DNA of 64,000 nt, taken from positions 25,358,001 through 25,422,000 of the forward strand of contig NC_092674.1 of the NCBI RefSeq assembly GCF_964355755.1, read 5' to 3'. The stretch's first letter is position 1. Each line of letters starts with the position of its first letter. This stretch comes from Antedon mediterranea (taxonomy: Eukaryota; Animalia; Echinodermata). Positions 11,362-25,049 of this stretch are shown here, in pieces. The translations under genes and the position numbers were made by a program. The notes under the pieces were generated by a model. The model had not been told where the DNA came from, did no database searches, and saw only the letters and a list, made by a program, of their open reading frames with translations.

Positions 11362-12928
11362 AGACACGTCTGAGACTGCAGATGACCAATAAGCATAAAC
11401 ATAATGTCTAAAATAAAATCATTGGTCGTCGAAAAAACAATAAAAATGCATAATTACAACCTGTTTAGTTACCATAGGCATAATATTAAAAGGATGCTGA
11501 TCAGTATTATCTTTATTTAAACAGCCGGTCACTGCCAACTCCAACAATCACGACGCCCAGGTCACATTGTAGAACTAGTACAAACTCTTCTGATGCCTTC
11601 CAAAAGGCAGGCTTCAAAGTCGATTACCCGCTCGGCGCAAAAGGCTTTTGTCAGCAAGGGAACCCCACAACGAAGGTCCAAGGATAGTATATACTTTTGG
11701 AAATATGCAAGTGTATGAAGACTGAAGGCCATTTATAAGTAATTAATATTATTATAATGTAGATATATTTTTAAAATCTTAGCCTTTAAACCGCCATGGA
11801 AGGACCGAGAGCCTTCCAATATCATTCGTGCAATATAATAGGATAGGCTTAAGTTAGAAAAAAAATACATCTTATAACCACAATAATTCCCCTGTCGTAA
11901 TCAGCTCCACAGTCGAGACCGAAGCCAATTAAACGTGCTATAAGCCTAAACAAAAATCATGTTTTGATGAAAAAATGATTCATATTGAAAAAAAAAAAAC
12001 CCATTCAACCTATTCAATATCTATTAAAGCGGAAGTAAATAATATAAATAATAAATTAAAGCTATAATAAAGATGATAATATATTGAAAGCAATTAGAGG
12101 CCATGGTAGGGCAAATACATTGTGTAGAAAATCGACGAATCTGGATTCAAATAATATATAGACTAAATGCAAGGAATGTTTGGGGGAAAAAATGATCGAT
12201 ACTGGAAACTAGTTTATAGTATAAACACATAACCATGTGCATTAATAGAGATAGTCTATGCAGTGTTTATCATTGTAAGAACAGACGGCTGGATTAAAAA
12301 ACAACCAAGACGTATCTTATGGAGACTAACCATTCAAAATTTCAAACCGTAGTAAAATCACAAGACAGAGCTGCTCAATCTTAAATGTAAGTATACTTGT
12401 TTTAGAGAAACTGTTATTTATTATGATGTAGGCCTACTGTATCTAAGTTTATTCAGGTTTCTGTGACAATCCAGCACTTAGTAAAGTGATAGTGGGATGT
12501 ATTTTAAGGCATCTATTTATATTCGGTCGTCATCGAAATTGTTCAACCCAAAAATACAGTATGGTAGTTTGTTCCATTTTAAGCAACTATGTATGGAACG
12601 CGAGAAGTGCAATAAATGATTATTTGTTTTCTTCAGGTAGTCGTTGTTAGCGTAACAATAATGGTATATGGAACGCGAAAAATGCAGTAAAACGATTATT
12701 TGTTATCTTCTGTACTCGCTGTTGATAGTCATTTAGTTCATTATTTTGTTGTTACAGGCCACTATGCTTATGTGTATTTGTTCTGAATTATGGTATAATA
12801 ACAGTATGTGATTAATAATATTTAATTGAAGTTGTATTATTTTATTGTTCAAAATACATCAATAACTAACTCGTGAGGCCATTTCAGTTTCAGAGGAACT
12901 TATTTTTATTTCGCCAACTATACGCTAA

Positions 12929-13094
12929 AGCTTGTTACACAAAGCAATAGCATCATCTACCGTATATTTTGAATAATGAATATCATTTGTTAAGAAAAAT
13001 GTATCCAGTATAGCTTGTTACACAAAGCAATAACATCATCTAACATATATTTTGAATAATGAATATCATTTGTTAAGAAAAATGTATGCAGTAT
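12929..13094. repeat. ~83-bp tandem duplication in the gene B 3' region (units 1-4)
   Basis: AGCTTGTTACACAAAGCAATA...AAAATGTATnCAGTAT twice; single copy in unit 5. Confidence 0.8.
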
Positions 13095-13134
13095 AGGCCT
13101 AATTATAGCCTCAAAATCATAAGAAGATAGTATC

Positions 13135-16100
13135 TTATCTTGTGCACACAACGCATGATAACTCGTGGTTATCAACATATGGCGGACATTTGAGTGACCC
13201 ACATTTTCCGACGGCAGGATAGATTACAAAGCCATTTTTATCCATTTTTGAATTATCCCTACTTTGAGGAGAGCCGTCGACGCAAAGGTATTCATGGGTG
13301 GCCTTGTGATGAGTACAACCACCCATTAATAAACCTTCGTACTCCTTGGTCCAGCCTTCAGGGCATGTACGTTTAGCTGGGATCATTATACTTGCTGATC
13401 GACCTTTTGCTAGACACACTGCGCAAGCTGGATCCGTGTCATGTACGTCATTCCACTGAGGGTATTGATCGGACGCCGTTTGGTACTCAGCACCATACAC
13501 TTCAGCCCTATGAGAGCCGTTCGCCACCATTCGCTCGTCGTATTCAGGTTTCTCGGGTAAACACAGTGGGTTTGTACCAGCTCCAGTTTGCATAAAGTGC
13601 CCTCCTCCAAGATACCCTAAACATTATTATTCAAAACAGTAAAACAATAAACGTGGTAATCATAATGTAAGGTGTAACAAAATTGTCGGTGCCCAAATCC
13701 GACGCAACCATACAATTCCGGCCTAGAAATAGAATCTGCTTTTCATGTTGTAGTTGAGTATTTTTAACAAGCCGACACTTGTTATTACTTGATAATAGAG
13801 ACTTTACAAAACACGACGGGAAGCCACAGGACGGTGCGATCATGAATAATTTATGCATGAGCTTTAACAAAGTAGGCGGAGCTTAGTGTGAAATTCCGTC
13901 GTCTTAACTTTTTGAGGACGATAAAGTTGCCATTTTCCCGTTTACGGAGAACGAATTGAACAAATATACATATAACCTTAAATATACAGTTCAAATTACA
14001 CTTAAACGTTGAAAAAATATTTGAACTTAAAATTTAATTGTTTAACGAAATAACATTTTTATTGGGTTAAAATGGCTGTGTTAAAAGCAATACATTCTGC
14101 GAGGCGTTTGAATTCGATGCTCCTAGCTAGGAAGGCCTATGCTGTTCCACCAGAGCTAAGCGATTCAGAAGGGCCCACGCCGCAAGACACGGGAGGGGGA
14201 GAGGGATACTGTCGGTCATCGTCTTCGCGCAAGGGCTCGTAACTAATAAAACGGCTATGTTGACTGTATATGATTTTGCGCTCTAGCGAACACAAGATAT
14301 ATTCATCGTCCTCCCCTAACCGTCGTTAGTTAAAAGTCCTTTAAAGTGAGGTGGACGACCCAAGGTGAAATGCGCTGGTGACGTTCGGGAAGTTTAAAGG
14401 CAAGGAGAGAGGGAGGGGCGATGAAACCGAAAATAAGTATAAAGTGTAAATAAAAATAATGTTCAAAACAACATTTTATCACAAGTTTTATGTAAATTCA
14501 TAAATTACATTTTGTTCAACTTTTTATATATTCTGTACACATATAGGCCTAGTACTATGGGTTTGAATGGTGGATCTTATGAATAATAAAGCTGTTTGTG
14601 ATTTTAAAATTAATAATATTGATTTATTTTCACTTACCAACGTATACGATTTCTGAAGAATTTGGGGTGCAGTCCTTCCGACCCCAATGAGTATACTCAG
14701 CATAATTGTTAAAGTTAGTTGTAAAAGCTGTAAATATTAAATTACATTATATTTATGACAGATATTCCTTCATATCATTACTCTTAAAGATATTATTGTC
14801 CCCTTCAAAAAATAATTCTTAACAAAATGTTTGTTGAATGTCCCATTTTAATGCAACATAATAGTTATCCACTTTGACCAAAAATTTGATCGGGAAAAAA
14901 ATGCATTTACTTGAAAAAAAAACTGGTTTAAAGCAAAATTTTTTTTCTATTTGTTTTCTACTTATTTTAATTAATCTTAATTTTTCATGTTTTTGGGGAC
15001 AATACATCTTTAGGGATGTAATTGTGAAATAGAAATATAACTGTAAATTTGTTACCAAATGTAATGCGAAATTTGACCAACCACAATCTCGCCCCCACCC
15101 CCCAACCCAGTGTGAGAAAAACTAAACAGCTATTACGAGTTAGATGTGAACATCCACTCTGGGAAGAAGACATTCCTTGGATGTACCGTAACGTCGATAT
15201 TGAAGAACTCTTCTTCTTTCAGGGCTCAAATCTTAGTTACTTTAAACGCATTGGAACGATATAGAGTCATATGTTATCCCATCAGATCCTACACAATACA
15301 CTCTAGGGTAAGAGTTGAAAGACAGAATTTTTGCTGGATGGGGGAACTTGGTGGCCCCCAGCCTCCAGATCTGCTTCTGTAATAATTTACCTCCGCCAAG
15401 GAGGTATATGTAATCGATCGCGTGTGTTTGTTACTTGGCAAAAAAGAATTTTGCCAAGTATAGTATTTACTTTGTTTGTGTGTATGTTTGTTTGTTACTT
15501 GGCAAAAAGAATTTTGCCAAGTATAGTATTTTTTTGGTGTAGATAGGTAGCCTATATATTTCAGACCATTCGACCAGTCGACTGGCAGGGGCACCGCAAA
15601 TCGGCACAGCTTCAAGACACTCCTCGACCATTATTCTGGTCAATCTTGATTTTAAAAAGGTCATTTTTTGCAATGGCGGGATTGTTTATATTAAAAAATT
15701 ATTTAAACAAAATTATTAACCCCAGCAGGATTTTAACATGTAAAGCTAATACATAAAGCAAAAAAATGTATCTTTCAACATGCTCCCAATCAGTGGATAT
15801 ATTTTGCCAAGTACTTCACTCCGTTTCTGAGTGCTTTCATTTGTTTGTTTGCACGGTAGCGCCTACAGTATTCAAGTTATCGTTCTGGATTTTTGGGTGT
15901 AGATAGGTATATACTTTCAGACCATGCCTAATGAAAATCAATAAAATTGGTTTATCAATAACTTCACAAATAACAAAAATGATATTATTTTCAGACCGGC
16001 TAGAAGTGTTAAAAGATAGGAGACCATTTTCAAAATCCGGTAAGAAGTCTTAAAGTAATACGTAAAATAAAATTACATTTTCTCGAGAACTACTTGTCCA

Positions 16101-17648
16101 AAAAAAACTCATTTTGGACAAGAGGCAAGGGTTATAATTTGTGATTTGTAATCTTAAAACAATTTTTTAATGTACCGGCTTTTTCATACGAGCAGTTTAA
16201 AAAACCTATTTCTTTTCAAATTCACCCGTTTGTTTTTGGCGTTGCTGTTCTATTGTTATTCAAATTAAACTATTTTTAGTTGATAATTAGTTTTTTTAGT
16301 ACCAGCCTGTTTCCTTACTTATTTCATTCTGTACATATGTATATACTTACAAAACATGCCTATTGATTTTCAGGAAAATTGATATATTGGTCATGTCACA
16401 AAAGCTTATCTTCAGTACGATATATTAAATACCACGCATTCTGTCTTCTTTTAACATGGACATATTCTTTGATATGGACCAAAATTAGTCGATTGGTCAA
16501 GAGGTTAAGCTTACTACATGGGTTAAGGCGGAGGCGCCGAAAATCGGCATAGCTTAAGATACTCCTCGATCATTATTCTGGTCAATCTTGATTTTAGAAA
16601 GGTCATTGTTGCAATGCCGGAATTGTTTGTATCAAGAAATTATGTAAACAAATTATTAACCCCAGCAGGATTTTAACCATGTAAAGCTAATACATAAAGC
16701 AAAAAATGTATTGTTAGTGCTATTGTTAGTCAACTGAAAGGCTTGTTATATAACCATTACACCAAACTCGCATACACATGCTCTGAGTGAAATTAGCCTA
16801 AATCAAACAGCATTAACACGCACACAAACTTATATATATTTATATTTTCCCGGAGAAATCTTATGTAGGAGAATTTTACAGTAGGCGGAGGTATGCGCTC
16901 TCGGGTGGATTTCTAGTTGTGTAATAGTTTTGAGAAATTCTCATAACTTATTAATGTTGTATTAGTTTAGAGCAAATCACGTCACATAACGTATCCACAC
17001 TTAGAATTTTTAAGAGGTTATGATTTTCAGGCGTCCAAGTGATTGTAAAATAGGATATTCTCAGTGTAGAAATGGTTGATGAGAATAACAAACAGCACGC
17101 GGTCTAAAACTCGATAACTAATTGAAAATGATATATTTTTTGTAATTATTAAGAGCAATGTCACAATTAGATAATTTTTATTGTCTAAAAAAAACAAAAA
17201 TCAACACACAATCACAATACGCTTACCTTTGTCACCGAAAATGAAATTCCAGATTACTCCGTCATTGTTTTTAGAGGCCTTTATAATAATAATTATTACA
17301 AAATATTATGATTAGTTTAATTCTTCACCATCCATAAGATAATTAATTTCAAGTATACATAAATTTGTCTTTTCAAAACTTTAATTAACGACTAACCGTG
17401 GCCTTATTACAAAGCTAAATCAAAACAAGAGTTTTCGGGCTAGAGCAAAACTATTATCATCAGTGCAAGTTAGAGTACTTGGACAAAGTAGATAGTATAA
17501 ATAGACAAGCGCTGCTTGAGTGGACTTGAATAATTATAATAAAAAAGAGTTAATAAAAAGTCTTAATCTTGATTAAATTTCTTACCTTGGCTTCGGTTAG
17601 CAAAATCAGGCAATACCAAAAAATGACGGTACCTTTGAAGATCTTCAT
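13135..17648 (-). CDS. Gene B copy 1: secreted short-chain collagen C4-like (spongin short-chain collagen NC1-related) protein, 228 aa; exons 17586-17648, 17227-17278, 14638-14727, 13135-13616
   Basis: GT-AG introns with matching phases; 687 nt open. Signal peptide MKIFKGTVIFWYCLILLTEA. Family motifs YTHWGRKDC, GYLGGGH, LCLP, YGAEY, PACAVC, MIPAKRTC, WTKEYEG, CGSLKCPPY, ELSCVVCTR*. Confidence 0.9.
14788..15009. mobile_element. Kolobok-like MITE in gene B intron 2 (units 1-3)
   Basis: TTAA-AGATATTATTGTCCCC ... GGGGACAATACATCT-TTAG; empty TTAA site in unit 4 (~54727). Confidence 0.75.
15388..16918 (+). mobile_element. Non-autonomous Helentron/Helitron-type element; copies 27303-28825, 40726-42564
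   Basis: Subterminal inverted repeat ACCTCCGCC/GGCGGAGGT, (GTTT)n, 3' CTAGTT end. Inserted in a TT without TSD: empty site AATAATTGTGTAA in unit 4 (~54950). Confidence 0.8.
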
Positions 17649-17689
17649 TTTCTTGTTGGTTCTTGGTTTGTACACCTTTAAAGCTGATG

Positions 17690-17760
17690 TAATGAAAATG
17701 TAAAACGTATTCTGTTTTTATAGGCCTATTAACAGCAGGTGCGCGGTCAGTAATTGGTGC
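17690..17760 (-). promoter_or_regulatory. Gene B core promoter
   Basis: CCAAT 17757-17753, TATAAAA 17722-17716, initiator-like TCATT 29 nt downstream of the TATA, ATG at 17648; conserved in units 1-4. Confidence 0.65.
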
Positions 17761-20700
17761 TAGGTGTTGCAAAATAAATAAAATCATATTTCTAATAATA
17801 TTGAAAATTAGTGTTCAAATAATATTTCTAATTAAAAACTAATCTGATTTAGTTCTTGAATACAAAAATGTGTACTGTTCCAGTTACATAATATAGTGTG
17901 TGTTTTGAAAGGTGTCCAAATTTCGTTTTTCCTCGAATATTTACTATTCAAATCTAAAAATTTCACTCTAATTGGTTGAGTATTACTTTCCCGGAATTAC
18001 TAGGGTCTAGAATACTAGTTCTTTTTCTGTTGGTACTCTTTTTGATATTCGTCGATGCAGAACAGAATCTTCTTTTCAATCATAATAATATATCCCACTT
18101 GTCACCAGAATCTGGAATAACTTACCCGGTGAAATTCGCAACAAGATATTTCTGTTAGTTAGTTAAACTATCTCAGTACTTATTTTTTAAATAGTTTTGA
18201 TGATGCTTTAATTGTAAAATGTAATTTTGTTGTGCTCTTTTCTGGGTTGACCAACTAGCATAGATGTTTAGCACCTGTTTGGTCTTTCCTTGCCGTTTAT
18301 ATTTTGTTTGTTTTTTCTATGTATGGCAGAAACTGAATAAAATAAAAAAATAAATAAAATATTTGGGAACATCACTACCATATGGGTACATCACACTTGT
18401 TTGTCAAACTAGTTTGATAGTGTATTAGACGGAGCTTTATAAGCTTAAAATTTTTTTCTTCACAGTGATATACCGTAATATATAAACGGTAATTAAGTAA
18501 TGTTCATACCATCAATGTCTCATTAAATAATACCGTATCATTTACATCGCAGACGTTTGTACTAATTCAGTAACCAGTGATGAATTGATAAAGTTTTGCA
18601 TAAGAAGCATTTAAAATGTTTTAAATAAGCGTGTTTCCACCTGAAATTTCATCAGAACAGAAATTACATAGGATACATAATCACAAAAATGTGATTGAAA
18701 CATTATAAAAATCTTAAAATGTAAAAAAAAACACAAAAAACTGTATTAATAAAATATGTATTTTCTAAAATGGTGTCGCTCTGCTCTTTGAGATGCGCAA
18801 ACGCAATTTTTTATGATTTTTGGAAGGGTTGATTACAGTATGTCAAACCTTTTCTGACTAAGGTTATACCACATCAGATTAACCATGGAACATTTCACTC
18901 ATCCCTGTACCAAAGATTGTATAGCGCCGCTATACAATCTTTGCTTTAACCTTGTTATTTTATTATCTGTACTCAAAGTAACAAGTTTGTTCAAAAACAC
19001 ATTGCTTTCTTCTGTGATGTTTAGATCACCCGGTTTCTAGGTACTGTATGTTGTGAATAAACAGTAATTAAAATGTGAATAATTGTAATGATCATGGCAT
19101 CTGTGATACCGTGAAAACTGCCAAAGTGGCTATGGATGAATGCAAATTCCAATGAGGCCTTTTTAACTGTTTGCATGTAAGTGTACTGTTATTGAACTGA
19201 TATAGCCTTAGCCTTGAATATACAAACGACTGAACAACCACAACAAATTACCGTAACACCTCGAAAAGAAGCCCGTTTTTTTATTGCTCTTAGGTGGGCT
19301 TCTTTTCGAGATAGGCTTCTTTTCGAAAGTACTTTTGCAAACTGTAGAGGGGGCTTCTTTTCGAAATGAATGCTGTAAATTTTGTGAATTTCTACTACAA
19401 ACAATAATATGACTTTTGAGACATTTTTTCAACCATGAAATTATGTTTAATATACCAATTAAAAAACAATATAAAAAGCAAAAAACAGTCCTATGATTCA
19501 CCGTCAAATACACTCATTTCGTTATCATCGTCATAAATGTATGATAAACACGATCATACATATTAATTATTATCATCAGTCTTCATCAGAAGTATCTGGC
19601 ATTAAATTATCCTACTACAGTAACTCTTAATGTTTGTATTGTTTATTTCTGTTCCTTTGACTCAGTTAATGAACCTATATTGTAGTCTATCTCGAAAAGA
19701 AGCCCATACTATCTTGAAAAGAAGCCCAGGGGCTTCATTTCGAGATGGGCTTCTATTCGAGAGTACTTTTGCAAACTGTAGAGGGGGGGGGGGGGGGCTT
19801 CTTTTCGAGATGGGCTTCTTTTTGAGGTTAAGCCCATGGGCTTCTTTTCGAGGTTTTACGGTATACGAATAATGAACGAATAATTAATGTTTCTCTGAAA
19901 GGCTTACTTGCGAAAAGTAGGTAAGCGGGGCCGTTGTACATCGGTCTTTAATTGGAGAGAGTCTTTAACTTGATGGAGACACTGTATTTGGGAATATCAC
20001 TACCATATTTGGGTACTTTTTTGTCAAACTAGTTTGATAGTGTAGACGGAGCTTTATAAGCTTAGAATTTTGTTTTCTTCATAGTGATACTGAGTTTTTT
20101 TCTAAACGGTAATTATGTAATTGTCATATCATAATGTCTCATTAAATAAAACCGTACTTCACCCGGTTTCTAAGTACTGTATGTTGTGAATAAACACAAT
20201 AATTAAAATTTGAATAATTGTAATAATCGTGGCATCTGTGATACCGTGAAAACTGCCAAGGTAGGTAAGCGGGGTCGCGGTACAGCGGTCTTCAATTGGA
20301 GGGAGTCTTTAACTTGAGGGAGACGATTTATTTTTAGTCGTGTGCAACGCGACATTACAGCTCACTATATCGGTCTGTAGGTCGGTCGGTCAGTAAACAC
20401 TAATTTAAATTTGAGCACGCGACTGCAGCCATGTACAGTATGGCCTTGTATTGTTTAAGCACGTGAAAGAAAACAAAGTCAAGTGGATAGAATGAATGCA
20501 AATACAAATGATGCCTTTTAAACTTTCCGCGTGCCAATATTTATTGAACTTCTATAACCCTAAATTATTTTAAATATACAAACTTCTGAACAACCACAAC
20601 AAATTTAAGAAAATATTATTGGTTTATTATTTCAACCAATATTTACTTTTGTACCAAAATAACATGCATCATATTTGTTTGGCCAAATTGCAAGAATTGC

Positions 20701-22512
20701 GACCCTAGTAATGGCGCCAATTCCGTGAGAAAGTAATTTTAGATTTATTTTGAATAGTAAATATTCGAGGAAAACTAAAATGTGGCCACCTTTCAAAACA
20801 CACACTATATTATGTAACTGGAACAGTACACATTTTCGTATTCAATAACAAAACTAAATCAGATACGTTTTAATTATAAATATTAGAGTAGGCCTATTCA
20901 AACTTCTGACAAATCAGAAAAACAAATTTGTGCGTGTATAGGTGTATTATTTCTACCGATATTAACTTTTGTACCAAAATAACATGCATCATTATTTTTT
21001 GGGCCAAATTCCAAGAACGACGACCCTAGTAATGGCGCCGATTCCGAGAAAGTAATACACAACCAATTGGAGTGAAATTTTAGATTTGATTTGAATAGTA
21101 AATATTTGAGGAAATCAAACATTTGGAATTGGAATTATGGCACAAAGGTGCATGAACCATGTTTTATCTGCCACGTTTCAAAACAAATATTCAAAGTATT
21201 CAATAACAAAACTCAGATACGTTTTAATTATAAATGTTAGAGTAGTATATAAGTAGTATTAGTTTCAATATAATTATATTCGACAGGCTATACAGGGCCT
21301 TCAGTATACTTGTTTCTTTCTTAAGCGTGGTTCCCACTAGAACGCAACGCAACGTAAAGCAGCGACGTATCGACGCAAAGTGTTGTATTGCGTAATCACA
21401 AGTGGGAACTGACATGCAACAGTGCTGGAAACATCGCAGGTTTGATTTCACGCAGGCGGGGGCAAACACAATTATTGGAAGGGAATTTTCTTACGTTGCG
21501 TAGGTTGCGTTACGTTGCGTCGCTAGTGGGAACCACGCTTTACTGGAAAAACAATGAAAAGACGTCGTCGATAATGAGGTGGTGCACACATTTGAGAGAG
21601 AGATAACGTATACTGTAGGCATAAAATTGACCATGTGTATCATACTTTTACCTTTTTATTACTTATTGGTAATTGTCCGCCAATCAATATAAACACTGTG
21701 TTTCTTCTTACTCCATTGGTCATCCCATTCCGAAATTTTGAAGCAATAAGAAAAATGGCCTATGCTCAAGACAGTTGTTATGGGCACAATAAATTAAAAT
21801 ACGATGAAAGTTCTTTCTAAATTGGTCAACTTTATTAATGCCATAGCTTGAGCGCCTTTCACCGATCGAGCGACTTTCTATGAGAAGAAGAAGTCGTGTC
21901 ACATAAGAATATAATAAACGGCTCTGATTGTTAAGCTTTGGTTCCCACTAGGGCGTACCGCGTAATTTTACCAATCACAAGCTATGGATAATCCAAACTG
22001 ATGCTTGTCATGGTCAACTCGCTTGCGTTTTCTAGTGGGAACCAAGCTTTAGCGCTATCTGCCATTCATTTTAATACTGCACGCCTTTATATTGGGACCG
22101 GTAGTGATATTTATTTCCGTACACAAGTCCTCCTCATGAAACATCACAAAATAAACATGAATATTCATTAGTCATATCCATATCCAAGGTGTGATGTAAG
22201 AATTGAGCTAACTACAATTCGCTAATGCGAACAATGCTTTCTGTTGAGCCGTCTGTTTTTGTCGAATCGATTAGACAAATCCCATGAGCAACTTATTTTT
22301 ACTTTATGGTGATAATAGTGAGAGAGATTATTTAGAGGGTTAGGTTTTAGTTATATTTAGGAAGTAGTTCGGCTATCTTTCACATAAGTGGTCCCCAACT
22401 TATGTACGAAAAAAAAATCGCGACCCCGTAATTCAACTGTGTTTCACGTACAGTAAGCCTTATGCGAAATTTTGTAACTAGACTGGAGAGATTTGAATGA
22501 AACCTAGCCACA

Positions 22513-23628
22513 ATGACCCTAACTCATGATTTTGTTTTCACGAAACAGTATGCTAAGACAGTACCGAAACCATCAGTAAAATCAAGCATTTCGAGAAGAA
22601 ACGTAACTGATGTTTCCCATGAAGATGAGAGTGTTTGGCCATTTTCAACGAATGGAAACATGTCGTCGAATTCTTCCATATTCCCGTACAACGGTTGTAG
22701 CAGTGAAAGACGGTATCAAGGTATATGCATGTACATACAACTGATTTCGAAAAAAGTAAAACGCAATGGCTGATGTAAAACGGAATTTGAATCATAATAT
22801 AAACTTGTTGTATATATAGCATGATAATTTAAATTTTCCAGATCAACCTAACGTTTTAAGCAATACTGGGTTATCGCCTGTAATGTTATCTGGTAATCGT
22901 TACAAACAGTATCAAAGACCTAGTCCAGGATTCGCTGTAGCACCACGTCTGCGTCTGCCAAAGAAACCAGTACCACAACCTAAAGGAGCCAGGTCAATGC
23001 CTGGCTCTTCAATTATTCGTTATAACAGACAGCGAGGTGGTCACCCACAGTTAAGGTGAGTTTCAGTACAAGCATGTACCTTTAACTGTCATGAAACACG
23101 TATAGAACGCCGTTACTTCCTTCTTCGGCTCTTTTACCATTACGTTCGGCACTTTCACCATTTCATACGGCTCTGGTAAAAGAGCCGTATAAAATGATGA
23201 CAGAGCCAAATGGTAAAGGGCCGAATGGTAAACGAGCCGAATAAGGCAGTAACGGCGTTCCATAGACACGTCTGAGACTGCAGATGACCAATAAGCATAA
23301 ACACAATGTCTAAAATAAAATCATTGGTCGTCGAAAAAACAATAAAAATGCATAATTACAACCTGTTTAGTTACCATAGGCATAATATTAAAAGGATGCT
23401 GATGATCAGTATTTTTATTTAAACAGCCGGTCACTGCCAACTCAAACAATCACGACGCCCAGGTCACATTGTAGAACTAGTACAAACTCTTCTGATGGCT
23501 TCCAAGAAGGCAGGCTTCAAAGTCGATTACCCGCTCGGCGCGAAAGGCTTTTGTCAGCAAGGGAACCCCACAACGAAGGTCCAAGGATAGTATATACTTT
23601 TGGAAATATGCAAGTGTATGAAGACTGA
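22513..23628 (+). CDS. Gene A copy 2: uncharacterised 207-aa basic, S/R/P-rich protein; exons 22513-22720, 22842-23055, 23427-23628
   Basis: GCCACAATG context with an upstream in-frame stop. Splice sites CAAG|GTATAT, TTTTCCAG|, TAAG|GTGAGT, TTTAAACAG|. Phases 1 and 2 join into 624 nt open to TGA (ends PRIVYTFGNMQVYED*). Confidence 0.72.
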
Positions 23629-25049
23629 AGGCCATTTATAAGTAATTAATATTATTATAATGTAGATATATTTTTAAAATCTTAGCCTTTAAACCGCCAT
23701 TGGAAGGACCGAGAGCCTTCCAATATCATTCGTGCAATATAATAGGATAGGCTTAAGTTAGAAAAAAAATACATCTTATAACCACAATAATTCCCCTGTC
23801 GTAATCAGCTCCACAGTCGAGACCGAAGCCAATTAAACGTGCTATAAGCCTAAACAAAAATCATGTTTTGATGAAAAAATGATTCATATTGAAAAAAATA
23901 AACCCATTCAACCTATTCAATATCTATTAAAGCGGAAGTAAATAATATAAATTTTATAAATTAAAGCTATAATAAAGATGATAATATATTGAAAGCAATT
24001 AGAGGCCATGGTAGGGCAAATACATTGTGTAGAAAATCGACGAATCTGGATTCAAATAATATATAGACTAAATGCAAGGAATGTTTGGGGAAAAAAATGA
24101 TCGATACTGGAAACCGGTTTACAGTAGTTTATAGTATAAACACATAACCATGTGCATTAATAGAGATAGTCTATGCAGTGTATATCAACGTAAGAACAGA
24201 CGGCTGGATTAAAAAACAACCAAGACGTATCTTATGGAGACTAACCATTCAAAATTTCAAACCGTAGTAAAATCACGAGACAGAGCTGCTCAGTCTTAAA
24301 TGTAAGTATACTTGTTTTAGAGAAACTGTTATTTATTATGATGTAGGCCTACTGTATCTAAGTTTATTCAGGTTTCCGTGACAATCCAGCACTTAGTAAA
24401 GTGATAGTGGGATGTATTTTAAGGCATCTATTTATATTCGGTCGTCATCGAAATTGTTCAACCCAAAAATACAGTATGGTAGTTTGTTCCATTTTAAGCA
24501 ACGGTGTATGGAACGCGAGAAGTGCAATAAATGATTATTTGTTTTCTTCAGGTAGTCGTTGTTAGCGTAACAATAATGGTATATAGAACGCGAAAAATGC
24601 AGTAAAACGATTATTTGATATTTTCTGTACTCGCTGTTGATAGTCATTTAGTTCATTATTTTGTTGTTACAGGCCACTATGCTTATGTGTATTTGTTCTG
24701 AATTATGGTATAATAACAGTATGTGATTAATAATATTTAATTGAAGTTGTATTATTTTATTGTTCAAAATACATCAATAACTAACTCGTGAGGCCATTTC
24801 AGTTTCAGAGGAACTTATTTTTATTTCGCCAACTATACGCTAAAGCTTGTTACACAAAGCAATAGCATCATCTACCGTATATTTTGAATAATGAATATCA
24901 TTTGTTAAGAAAAATGTATCCAGTATAGCTTGTTACACAAAGCAATAACATCATCTAACATATATTTTGAATAATGAATATCATTTGTTAAGAAAAATGT
25001 ATGCAGTATAGGCCTAATTATAGCCTCAAAATCATAAGAAGATAGTATC

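Larger units (their letters stand above)
3696..11725 (+). pseudogene. Gene A copy 1, inactivated
   Basis: Exon 1 (3696-3903) is intact. Exon 2 (from 4025) has a +1 T (GGGTTTATC vs GGGTTATC), the BEL/Pao insertion, a 36-bp deletion and a Kolobok-like MITE. Exon 3 has a 1-bp deletion (CCAAAAGG vs CCAAGAAGG). Confidence 0.75.
1..18825. repeat. Tandem segmental duplication unit 1 (~11.9-kb core plus BEL/Pao and Kolobok-like insertions); boundary phase is arbitrary
   Basis: GGGTTGATTACAGTATGTCAAACC recurs at 1, 18826, 30683, 44487 and (GGATT variant) 58060, with colinear near-identical sequence and repeated ORFs between. Confidence 0.95.

Noticed and set aside
11468-11481. RFX X-box-like GTTACCATAGGCAT in gene A intron 2
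   Set aside because: Imperfect single match; too weak to infer ciliary regulation.
13135-13593. 152-aa ORF as a complete single-exon gene
   Set aside because: It is the last exon; homology continues to an acceptor at 13616, and three upstream exons supply the signal peptide.
13669-14522. Possible old DNA transposon in gene B intron 3 (AAGGTGTAACAAAAT / ATTTTGTTCAACCTT)
   Set aside because: TIR imperfect, no TSD and no clear empty site; not enough support to list.
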